Shown piece after piece: positions 45,301-58,200 of a stretch of DNA of 64,000 nt. The stretch is from assembly GCA_051294375.1 (NCBI GenBank), contig CM119266.1:176636-240635 (forward strand), read 5' to 3'. Position numbers and translations under genes: made by a program. Each line of letters begins with the position of its first letter. Position 1 is the first letter of the stretch. This DNA comes from Paraspadella gotoi. Its lineage: Eukaryota; Animalia; Chaetognatha. The notes under the pieces were generated by a model. The model had not been told where the DNA came from. It was given only the letters and a program-made list of their open reading frames with translations, and searched no databases.

Positions 45301-47949
45301 GCAGATGCATATTATATTTCAAAATATTCTTTGATGTAAATGCATAAAATTAGCTGAAAGGAAAAACGAACACAATTGGGAGAAAGTGAGTAAAAAAAAA
45401 TCGAAACGGCAGAAAAAAATGAAAATAGATTAGGATAGAAAAAGATTAAAAGGGTTGAAAATAACAAAGAAAAAAAAGGGGGAAATGTAGAACAGAGAGA
45501 GGGGGAAAAATATAGTGAGAAAGGGAGAGGAGAATAAGGAAAAAAAAATTTTTCTTAAAAAATCAAAGTTTTCATAACAAAAATCATACTTGAAAATTAA
45601 CCGAATTTAACCGTTAAAATAAATATATTAACGGTTAAGTTAAAATTATTTTTAACCGTTAATAACCGTTAACTGTTAACGGTTATCGGAACTCTAATAC
45701 CAACTGGTTTTTTGTTTGATAGGATAATGGAATAATTTGTAGAGAGCCGCCAGTCACTTTTTTTTTCTAGTTTAATAAAGTCAATGCGACCTTTCTGTTT
45801 TTAAACATTGATTATCTCTTAAAGCTTGATGGTAATCTGATCATTGGGCTTATGATTGTGGCCATTAAATGCTGGCAGTATAGTGGCAGTGGGGAATGGG
45901 CATCATTTAGTCCTACATTTTTGATAACATGTTTTATATTTTTTATTCAACTTTTTATGGAAAATCTGAATCTGAAGAGACAGTAATTATTGTTATATGT
46001 TAGTGACAGAACCGTTCAATATAAGCAGTCCCTGAGCTTCGGATCAGGCTGTAACACCGTGTTACAGGCGGATTAAGCGCCCCGTCCCTCTTAACTGCGA
46101 GGCGGCCACCGGGCTAGAACCCCGGACCTTTGGGTTGGGAGTCGAATGACTTGCCTTACTATTTTATAAGAATATTACTACAAATATATTATATTTTACT
46201 ATTCTGTTCCCGAGACAATATGAACAAAATATTTTTTGTACTAGTTAATCATACTATCTCACAGCTAAATATCCTTGTTCGATCATTCAAATAATTTTTT
46301 TGTTCTTGAGTGCTCCACTCTACTACTCAAGCCTAGAGTGAACAAACCAATAACGCTTTTCAAATAATTTTTACCATCAATTTGCCGACAATTTTTATCT
46401 CCGAAATTTAAACATAAACATTCGGAAAATTGAGAATCGCTGCCGAAAGACAAGAACGCCCAATAAGAGCACAAAAAATATAAAGACGTAAACTTTTGCC
46501 CATTTCTCGTCACTCTCTCCCAACGGAGGATACGATACGAGCTCCTCCGGCAGCACCGGCAAGAACTTGACGAAAGGTCGTTCCCTTTTGCTTCTCTTGT
46601 CGAGAACGAGGTAGGGCTGAGATCGGACGGCATCGGGGGCGAAGATGGCGTAGTATAGGTGGACGGCGAGAGCGCCGATAGCTACCCCCGTCTTGTGGGA
46701 CAAACAGCCGTCCTCGCCCACCGAAGATTCGAGCAAGAGGCGGCGCTTGGGAATAGTAGAACGGGTGGCAAGGGTGGTGGGGCTGGAAAGAAAAGAAAAT
46801 TAATCTTTAAGTCTGGCGCGTGTCAATTTCAAAATAAATAATTCGTAATAATGGGTCATAAAAACTTTTATTTATACCTCGGAGCTTCCTGTCCAAAGCA
46901 ACCATTATCCTTCTGCCAGCGCAGCATCGAGCGGAGGACCGGGACGCTAAGAATTTCGACGAAGCCCAGCATCCCGCAGACGAAAAGCTGCTCCATGAAG
47001 AGATCCTGCAGTCCCTCGTGGACAGTCGCTGAGAAAGGATTGGAAGGGTCGGAAGTGTTGAGCTGTAGCACGAGGGAATGGGGCGTAAAAGAGAGAAGAG
47101 GACTCTTGTTTATATGAACGAATGAATGAATGAATGAATGAATGAATCAATGAATGAATCAATGAATGAATGAATCGATCGATCGACAGAAGAAAAAGAC
47201 AATAACGACGAAAATGACGAAAATTCGATCAGAACCTGAATCGAGTTGTTAGTCTCAACGGCGACGTTGACNNNNNNNNNNGCCGTCCAAGAATCGATCG
47301 TCTGATCAACGCCGAGTCTCGGGTCGGCGCCGTCCAGCGCTGCCGCCGCTTGAGCCGCGGCGCCGGCAGCGGCAGAGAACTCGGCGTCGCAGCCGTGGAC
47401 GGAGGCGAGGTGAGCGTAAAGCAGCTGGTGGGTGGTGAGATACCCGACCGTCTCTCTGCGTCGGATGGACGGAATACTCTTACTCTCTATTGTACGTCAT
47501 TCTGTCCGTCTTTTCGTCAGTCCGTCTGTCCGTCTCTAAGTATGTCTGTCTTCCAATTTCCTTTTACCTTTTCAGCATAAAAGCGACGCATTTCGGCGGA
47601 ATTTCGCATCTTTTCCCTACGTTATGATTGTCTTCCTCTTCCTCTTTTCTTTCCTCCCTTTTCCTTCTCCGTCCCCTCCTCGCCTTCCTCTCCTCTTCTC
47701 CTCCGATCAATCCGATCCTCCTTTTCCTCCGCTTTCCTCTTTCGCTTCTCTCTCCGCTTCTTTCCCCTCTTCTCCTCGCATCCTCCGTCTCTCCTTCCTC
47801 CCTCTCCTCGGCATCTTTCTTCTTCTTCGTCCCCATGAGACTGACGAGGCAAAAGTCGCTTCTCGCTTCGCTTCCAGCTAAATAAAAAAGCAACATTGAT
47901 TTTTTTTATTGTTTTGTGTTTTTTTCTTTATTTACTTTTAGCTAAAAAC

Positions 47950-47982
<33 letters not shown>

Positions 47983-50548
47983 AACCCTAAAAAAAATATC
48001 CTTACCCATCCTTTCGGACTTTTTTTCCCAAATCAAACTTGGATCTAATTTTCTTATCGCAAATTTGCGAGGGTTTCTCTTCCGGAAGGGGCTGTGGAAT
48101 CAAAAATATTTATCAATTTTACAAATATATAATCATAGAAAATAAAATTTTAAAAAACCGTCCAAGTTTAGTACCAAATGGAGAGCGTCTGCTTTCTTTC
48201 GTTTAGGTTCATTTCTATGACCTTTACAGAAAATTGTTTATGATTTTCTCTGCTTTGGGTCCCGCGTTTGAGGCGTCGCCCGTACAAAATGTACAACAAC
48301 AGTTTATGCTAATGCATATTTAATTATTGCATCCAAAAAACTCGTAGAAATTTATTTTCATACGAGCATGATTCGAACTTTAGTTAGAATGACAATATCA
48401 ACCAGACTAAAAATTGACCTTAAATTGACATTAAATTGACCTTAAATTGACCTTAAATTGACCTTAAACCGGGTTGACCAGGAAAAGAGAGAGACTGAGT
48501 TAATGAGCCTCAGCGAGGTCAATTATTCTTCAACCTTTGCATGAGAGGGAGAAAGTGGGAAGCGTATTCAGGATCGGAAGCAAAGAGGATCGGGAGAGCG
48601 TTGGAGCTTATCGTTCGCGATAGTCGATAGACCGTTTGAAGTCTGCGGGATGTAAAAAAACAGAAATCGGTATTCTTTGGTATTAAGTGATTTTAAAAAT
48701 TGATTGATGAATTGTACAGACCTTTCTAGAATAGGCGGGGAGATTCGAGGTATCTCCCTTCCTTCGGGAACCGCCCCCTCTAACACGTTAAGGAGTTGTC
48801 CTTCCAAAACTCGGAGTCCGAACAGCCCGTCCAGGTTCATCTTTTCGTAGTTACTAATGTAATCGTAAATAAAAAATAAATAAATAAATAAATAAATTAA
48901 AGATCGGCTTTGTACGGTAAACTACCAAATTTAAATTTATAAAACCACCCCGATTGCCGTTACCAATGCATGGTCCTAGTAATTTGTTGTTTTAACATAA
49001 AAAAAATTTTAAAAAACTTACTCTGAATAAAATCGGATGAGTTTTTCGATGGCGTTGACAATGTCGACGACATCGCCGTTTGTGTCGTCGCTTTCTGCGT
49101 CGGCGTCGATGTTATTTGAGGCCGCGATTGAAGTTCCGTGCAAACAGCACGACACGAAAATCACCAATAAAAACAGAAACTTTCTCGTCTTGGCCGATCT
49201 TTCGATTGTTGTCCAAGAAGGGTTCATTGTTTGGATTAAAGTTTTGCTTGTTGCTTTTAATTTTCGATACGGTTTAATTTCCTTGTAAGTACTTCAAGTA
49301 TAAGATTAAAAAACGTTTAATGTTTACCCTTTTGTTTTTCATGATACCAAAGCGAAGGTCAAAGCTTTGCTTATTTACACGTTACGTCGTTTTAAAAGGT
49401 GGAGGGATTACGCCGAGTTATTCCTTAGCTAAGAATGTTATCAGCGACTTTTCCGCTTTAAGTTTAACGACTATGACAAGCAGTTGAGAAATTTAAAAAA
49501 TCAGCTGATGTTTCGACAGTGAGAAGCAAGATCGACTTCGAAAGCTCTTGTTATATTTTTTATTTTTGCCCGGTAAAAAATTCGGTAAGAGTCGAGAAAG
49601 TTACTAAACGTACATAATTGGAAATATTATATCATTTTATCGTCAAAATTGTTGTTTAGGTTTTTTTTTTAGATTCTTTATTTCTTTATCGATGACTAAC
49701 AAGGCGAACAACTTTTTAAAAAGTTTATCGAAGTAGAAAAAAAAAACCGATCCTTTTTTTTTTTATGCTAACATATTTAATTAAACATTCAGATTACTAT
49801 TATAACTTTAGTAGTTTTATATATTTTTTAGAAACGCTTCATCATCTTATTTTTATATCCTATCTCAATCAATTTGTATATTCATATTTCGTAAATTTCA
49901 TTTACGACTTTTGTTGTTCACAAAAAAAAGGCTGTATGCCGTTCCGTCCTCTTGCGACACTTTGACAGAACATCGAATCGACAAAAGACAAACGCATCTC
50001 TGCTTACGCTCTCGAAGATCGTCACAAAATAGAGCAACGCTTACTTTCCATGATATTTATCGACAAATAAATGCTACAAATTATACAGTCGTCATCTAAA
50101 CCTCGTCAAATTATACAATTATACAAATTATACAAATTTTTCCCCCACTCAAAAGTCGTCCATGCCAGCCTCGGCTTCCTCCCTCATCCAGAGTCCAGAG
50201 TTCATGATGACGACATCTTCGTAGTAGAACTGACCCGACTTCTCCATGTCGCCGATGTTGAACATTTCCTCGAAGTCGTACTCGTCCATGGGTTCGCCCA
50301 TCACGCAACAGGCCGCGCGAACCTGAAGGGTTCGTCTTGTCCTCATTCACTTCTAATAAGATATTTATTTTTGTTTTTTCAATCTAAATTTGGGTTATAA
50401 TTTAATTAATGTTATAGTTTTAATTAAAAAACATATATTACACCCGATGTGTCGTTTCATTTTGATCGCTAACCTGGTTGTAGGTCAAATATCCGGCCTG
50501 ATCTGAGTCAAAGGCCCTATCGAGAAAAAAGGATTGCAATGACTACTG

Positions 50549-50646
<98 letters not shown>

Positions 50647-50837
50647 TTCTAGTCTACCAACTTGTAAGCCTCAGTAAGTTTGTCTTCGCTAAACTTGAGT
50701 TGTTCCCAATTATCCGCCAAAATGTGAAGTCCTTCTTTCAAGAAAATAAACCTGAGAATTGAGAAAATTTATGATGTGAAATTAGAATTTTTGTCGATTG
50801 TTTGATTGATTGATTGATTGATTGATTGCATTAATTG

Positions 50838-50875
<38 letters not shown>

Positions 50876-51800
50876 TGATTGATTGATTTATTTATCTATT
50901 TATCTATTTAAGACCTCTTTCCAAATTTCTTCTTCATCTCTCCCTGCGTGAAAAGATCGTGATCGAGCGGCGGAGGCAGATCTTCTCCTCTCAACTTGCG
51001 ATCAGGAATTTCGTAGTTGTCTTGGACTTGGTATTCCTGATTGATTGATTGATTGATTGATTGACTTGAATTTATTTATTTATTGATTTATTATTTATTA
51101 TTTATTATTTATTATTTATTTATTTATTATTTATTTATTTATTTATTATTTATTATTATTTTTATTATTTAATTTATTTATTTTTATTATTATTTATTTA
51201 TTTATTTATTTATTTATATTATTTATTTATTATATTATTAATTTGATTATGTGATTATTGATTTATTGATTTATTGATTGATTTGTTTATTTGTTTGTTT
51301 GTTTGTTTATTTGTTTATTCATTGGTTCCTTTATTCATTCATTCAATTCGCCGACCTTCATCTTATCGGCGAGATTGTTGATCGAGTATCTGAATCCCCC
51401 CGGCGTCTTCAACTCCCCCATGTAGTTGTTGAAGTTGATGTTATAATTGATGTTGTTGGAGAGTTTGATGAAGTCGAGGAGGCTGAACTTCTCCACCGCG
51501 GATCCGAGGCTGGTTCCCACGGTCGACTCGTCTTCGGATTCCGTCGTCGACGGCGACGACAACGACGACGTCTCGGACGACGACGACGAAGACGACGATC
51601 CGGCTCTCTTCTTACGTCCGCTCCTGCTGCGGCGTCCGCTCCTGCTACGGCGTCCGCTCCTGCTACGGCGTCCGCTCCTGCTTCTGTTCCTCAACTTTTC
51701 TTTCTTTTTCTTTCCTTTTTTCTTTTCTTTCTTCGCTCGCTCGCCTCCCTTCTCTTCCTTTTTCAATTTCCATAGAATCCTCCGGAGGTATTCATGGTTT

Positions 51801-51831
<31 letters not shown>

Positions 51832-52063
51832 CGTAGTTGCTGTTGTTGTTATTATCGTTGATTCTGTTTTTATCGTCGTCGGTGTTGTCATTGTTGTTGT
51901 TCTTGGACTTGTTTCTTCGTTTGTTTCTTGACGCGTTTCTTTTCCTCGGTTTTGTTTTCCCTTTTCGACCTTGGCCGATATTTCTGTTTATATTTTTGAC
52001 GTGTCTCGAGGAGACGGAGGTCTGAAAGAAACAAAATGTTGAGAGAGAGAGAGAGAGAAGAGG

Positions 52064-52151
<88 letters not shown>

Positions 52152-52156
52152 AGGAG

Positions 52157-52201
<45 letters not shown>

Positions 52202-52205
52202 ATGG

Positions 52206-52244
<39 letters not shown>

Positions 52245-55200
52245 TAGGCGAACAACCAGACAGAATGACCAAAGGAACGACAGAAAAAACGACAGTCCGA
52301 TAAACGGACAGATGAACATAACCAAACTGACATCGGGACAGACAGACAGACAGAGAAACAGATAAGCAGACAATTAAAGATGGCACCCAGTCTCCGTCGC
52401 TCCGACGCTTCTCGTCATCGTTGTCTTCCTCAACATCTTCGCCAGCCTCAGCGGCGCTTTGTTCGGCGGCGCCGGGTTTGGCGGCGGCGCTTTGTTCGGC
52501 GGCGGCTTTGGCAGCGGCTTTGGCGGCGGCCTTTTCCTTCACGGCGGCCTCCTTGGCGTAGGCGGCGACGGCGGCGGCGGCCCGCTTCTCTACTTCCTTC
52601 GGGTCCGAAGTGAAGGTAGACTTTTTGGATTCAAACTCATCGCCGATGTATTTATCGAAGGCCGCTTTGGCGCCCTTGGAGCGTGGAGGGAGATGGAGAA
52701 AAATGGGTGGGTATATAGTGGCTGTATTTTTATATTTTATATACTTAGTTGGTTATATTTTATTAAGTTTAACTAAGTATGATATATTGGTTGTACCAAT
52801 TTCATAACCTGGTTGTTTTCTCTCTCTTTTTAACTATAAATTTATGAGCGACGATTCGTGGATTTTTTTCTCAGCTCAAACATTTCCACCTTGAGGCCAC
52901 CACCCCTGATTTACCCACCACATCCAACCACTCCTCACCGTAACTTCCCCCCAATCGCCCAACCCCTTCTCGATCTTGTCACACCCTCCAACAAAACCTC
53001 GCCATGCCCGACACTCCCGAGCACACCATTCTCACCACGATCTCCAAAGTCCTCACTCCCTCCACCCCCCACCTCCTTCTCCGCGTGTTTTCGACGACCT
53101 CGATTCAAGTTGTGTCCGCTCATTTGGCTCAATTCGTCCTGGAGGCGAAAGCGTTGACGCTCGTCTTCCATTATGCGAATGTCGTGCTGAGACTGGAGCC
53201 TTTTGGATTGGGCGAGTGATTGATTGTATGACTTACTCAATGACTGATTGATTGGCAGGTTTATTTATTTACCGATCTCCACTATAGATTTATTTAATCC
53301 TTGCTTTATTACTGACGAATTTATTACGCATTTGATACTCGATTTTGGGCGAGACAACTAAACGACCGGTTTGAGTGATTTTTGAAGTACCGATTGATTT
53401 GATGACCGATTGATTTGATGACCGATTGATTTGATGACCGATTGATTTGATGACCGATTGATTTGATGACCGATTGATTTGATGACCGATTGATTTGATG
53501 ACCGATTGATTTGATGACCGATTGATTTGATGACCGATTGATTTGATGACCGATTGATTTGATGACCGATTGATTTGATGACCGATTGATTAATTTTTCT
53601 TTTCAGATTACTTTACTTAATAGTTGATCGTTTGATTAATTTATTAATCGATCGATTCCGATCTCCTACTTTTTCAACAATTCCAGCTTCGCCAACTTCT
53701 CCCGCCGAAAATTCTCGTTGGCGTGAAGATTTCCGGCGATTTGCTCGAAGTTGACGTTTCCTCCCGCCTCGACCTCTTCACCCTCCTCGTCCTCTTCCTC
53801 CCCTTCCTCCTTCGGCGGGTTGGGGTGCCAGGGTCGTTCGAATCTGCGGAGAATCTTGAGAGGCGGGGGGGGGGAGTGGGACAATGGAAGGGAGGAGGAG
53901 ATGGAGGAGATGGAGGAGATGGAGGAGATGGAGGAGATGGAGGAGGTGCCCTAAGTCTAAAACGAACCTTTATTAGACCATGGAGATAATTCAAAAAGAC
54001 ATCATATCGTAATACTTTCATTTTCCTTTCAATTCATTTTGATTCATTTATTTTTATTAATTTTTTGGTCTGAGGTGTTAAAATCATGGGAAAAAAAGCG
54101 ATTTTAAATCTTCGGAAAAAATTATTTTCGATTTGACTATTTTTAAATAGTAGGGAAAAGAACTAAAGAATTAAAAGAAGGGAGCAATGACACGAGGGAA
54201 ACTTAGCCATTGTACTTACCTTCTCAACGTCAGCGTGAGATGGAATCAATCCGCACATCTGCATCCAGGGTAAGATGTCTCTCTCTCCAATGATCCCGGC
54301 GTTAAACTTGTCCAAACCCTAAGTAATTCCAAGGTGGAGAGTGGCCAGTGGGCAGGGATCGCTTTGCTCACCTAATCTAAGGCGGATGAGGCCCGATCTC
54401 TCGACTCACCTTGAAGTATCCCGTAAACTCCTTGACCATGAGTCCCGAGATCGGTCCGATGGGATCGGGCACTAGATCTTTCGCCTTTACTTTCGGCTTC
54501 TTTTCCTTTTTTCCTTTTTTTCCTTTTTTTCCCTTTTTTCCTTTTCCGTCGTCGGCGTCAAGATCGACGGCGCCGAGGTCCCCGATGTCGTCCTCGGCCG
54601 CCGGTGCAGCTGCCGGCGCAGCTTCCTCTGCCGGTTTCGCCTCCTGTTTCGCGCCTTTGTCCTTTTTCCCGCCTTTGCCTCCTCCCTTACCGCCCTTGCC
54701 GCCTTTGGCGGGCGGTTCAGGCGGTGGCGGTGGCGGCGGTGGCGCCTCTTCGGTGGTGTCGCCCTCGGCGGGTGGCGGCGGTGGCGCTTCTCCATCGCCC
54801 TCGGTTGGGGGGGCGCCTTCTGCCGGTGCCTCGCCCTCTGGCGGCGGTTCGCCTTCGGAAGGCGGCGCGCCTTCTTCGCCGGCGCCCCCTTCCGCCGGTG
54901 GAGCGGCACCGTCGGCCGGTGCGCCGTCCTCGTCTGTCGGCCCCGGCTCTGACGCCGCTTCCGACGCGGCTTCATCCGGCGGCGCGGATTCCGGAACTTC
55001 TTCCGGATTTTCGTCGGCCATTTTGTCGTTTAAAATTAAGCTTCAATTATTGTTTATTTTATATTGATTTTAGTACGAATTTTATTAATTATAAAACGTA
55101 CGAAGAAGACTTAAATCGCAATTGTAAGAAAGGTTATCGAAAGAAATGAGAAGTTAATATCATGCACATTAATTGAGAAAGATATATAAACATTAGTAGG

Positions 55201-58200
55201 GAACAAAAAAAAACAAAAGACAATAAGTATTGTATTTTCAATAGGGAGATACAGTGCAAGTACAAAAACGATATTTTTTGCCAGATATTTCGACTTATTT
55301 TTTAAGTCATCATCAGTGGTAAAAGATATGAAACAGGAATAAAAATGTTTTCTGGACCGGGAGAAGGCTTAAATGAAGAAGACTGGGGGCGGGGGGCCTA
55401 TGTCAGGACAGATGCCTGGAACCCTGTTTTTCATGAACTGGGAAAATGAAAAATTAAAGAGGGGGGCAACCAAATTTTGGGTCTTTTAGTCATATAGTCT
55501 CTCTCTCTCTCTTAGTCTCTCTCTATATTTCTTATTTGTTTCCAGAAAAAACTTTTATTCCTCTTATATCTTTTACCACTTATGATGACTTTAAAAATAA
55601 ATCGAAATATTTGGCAAAAAAAAAATTCTTTTCTGTGATTTGTTCCATCCTGTTCGTGTTTTTTGTTCGATTCTGTTCATAAATATGCAGTTTGGTTTGA
55701 TATGTTTCTGAGTTTTGTTACTATGAAATTGGTACAACCAATATAAAAATTATCCATTCATTTAATAAATAAGCTATCTTGCCCCTGACTTTGGACAGGC
55801 TTTGGTGGTTTAAGGCCTCCATCACTCTTACAAGATAATGACATAGCAGGTCCCTGCAAGCTTTCAATCAAGACTCTCTCACAGTCTCGTTTATTCACTC
55901 CCAGAGTACCTGGCTTCCCTATCAATGAAGTGGAAAATATTTCAAAGAATGTTTCAATTGTATATTATGTACATTTTTCCATTCAATTAAAATTTTCCTT
56001 GGCTTTCGTTTTCCGTTTTTCAATCGAGTTCATCGCCAACTCCAGCAAATCGACGATCGTGAGAAAGGAGAACCCCAGCAACAACCCCAGAAGCCCGCCG
56101 AGGTCGCTGAAGAAGGTCGTCAACGTGAGGGCGGGAGAGGATTCGCGCAACTCGATCGTCGTAGATTGGAAGTAGATGTAGAGCTGAGAAAAATATACCC
56201 AATTTAATGTCATTGTAGGAAAAGAAAGATTTGATTTAAAATTTCCTTTTGTATTTTTCAAATAAACAGAAATGAATACTTGAATAGTTGAAACAGTTAA
56301 ATAATCGAATACTATTTTACAAAACAATTATCATATTATTATAAAATCCAGGTCTGGAATTACCTTCAACAAATTTTGTGAAATTCTTCGTCGTAATTTT
56401 TTACAATTATTTGGATACGAATCTTCTTCGCTCTGAAAAAAAGTATTTTTACATTACACTAATAATAATGTAATTTACAGCAATTATAAAGTACTTCAGT
56501 CAGCACAAGATGTTACCAAATCATCCCGCTTTTAATAAAAATAGGTTTAAAAGTGTATTTTTATTGCAAAACGTCAAAAGTATGGTGGACTAAAATCCAC
56601 CAACCATTCATCAGCGGCCATTGGTGCCGGAGGCAAGTCATTCGCCTTCTAACCCAAAGGTCCGGGGTTCTAGCCCGGTGGTCGCCAAGCAGTTGAGAGG
56701 GACGGGGCGCTTAACCCGCCTGTAACACGGTGTTACAGCCTGAACCGAAGCTCAGGGACTGCTTATATTGAATGGTTCTGTCACTAACACATAACAATAA
56801 TTACTGTCTCTTCAAAAGTTTATAAATATCTCTCTCACTCCCCAAGCTTATAATTCCATACCTCGCTCTTGTTTCTGCCGTATCCGTCGGGAACTACAAA
56901 TTCCCTTTCATCCAACTCCTCGAAAGTTAGGTCCCCCGGCCAATCCAGCGGCCACATTGACATGGAGGGTGTTGCCTTGAAAGTGGTTTCGAAGCAAGGG
57001 ACGAAGCAGCCGCTGTTGAGTTCGAAATCTGCGAAATTCTCGATGTATCTTCGGCTCTGATTCTTGTCGCAATCGACCTGACAGAAATTTCCAAATTCAT
57101 ACACGAGTACCATGTTCAAAAAATTACGCCGCGTTTGGAAATTAAGTTGAAATGAAATATATTTTTCGGTCTTTTACAACTTACACATATACATATACAC
57201 ATACTTATACATATTGTCACACAATTGTATACAAGCTCTCACAACCTCTTTTGGTGAGGGGTTAGGGTTCGCTAGGGTCAGAGCTTAACAAAACCTAATC
57301 ACGATCAGATCCCTATTTTCGGACTTAGCTTCTTGACGAACCGTAAAAATTTTCCTACGTATCAGACTCTCTTATCACTGATTCAGCTACTGACTGCAAA
57401 CGAATGATCGTAAATCTTAGCGGAAATGAGAACAAAATTTCAAAAACTAACTTGATCCGTCGTCGAGCAAAGGTGATTACTGCTAACATCCTCACTCGGG
57501 ATCGCAAACCATGTCGGCCAACAATCGCATTGATCCAATGTTTCGTTGAGTAGTCGAGAGTAGAGACAGTATTTTCGGGTGTAGCTGACGGAACGAGCCA
57601 CGCCTCCCAGAAGAGCTGAATAGTCGCGCGGTTCCGCCCATTTCTCCACGCATTCCTTACCAGGGAGGTTGACTCTTGACACTCGCTGCTCGCCTAAGCC
57701 CAAATGCACGGCCGAGCCGGGTTTCACGTATATTCCTAGTGTCGGGTTATGATCGTACACAGCATTGCTAAATATAATTCGATTTTCAATGTATTTTAAA
57801 ACATAATTGTTGATTCTGATCTGGTCACCCTGTGAGTCTATATCCGGAAGTGAGGATCGGTTGTGAACGACGATTTTAAATCCTGCTTCCGTCATGATTT
57901 CGTTGTAAAAATCGTACATGGTGTCAAGGATAAGAATAAGTCCGTCGTTAGGCCCGGAAAAACTAGAACGTTCTGTATTGCAAAGTTAAAAAAATCATAA
58001 AAGAATAGTATCGAGGGTGAAGTGAAAGTTTGGAATCAAAATTTAGCAGTTATATCTTGAAAACTATCATAATAGTGAATACTAATCTAAAGTTATTTTT
58101 TTGTTTTACAAATATAGTAGCCAAGTTAGCTTATTCTGTATATAATATATATATAATTTTGAGAACTGATCCAGATTCCTCGTTAAAAGTTGATATAAGA

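Noticed and set aside
43471-53590. Regular 27-bp and 16-bp repeats as possible CRISPR arrays
   Set aside because: Head-to-tail units with no unique spacers, no cas genes, and a eukaryotic context.
56614-56687. Possible functional tRNA gene
   Set aside because: The anticodon and D stems pair poorly, the anticodon differs between copies, and it is embedded in a dispersed repeat with TSDs.
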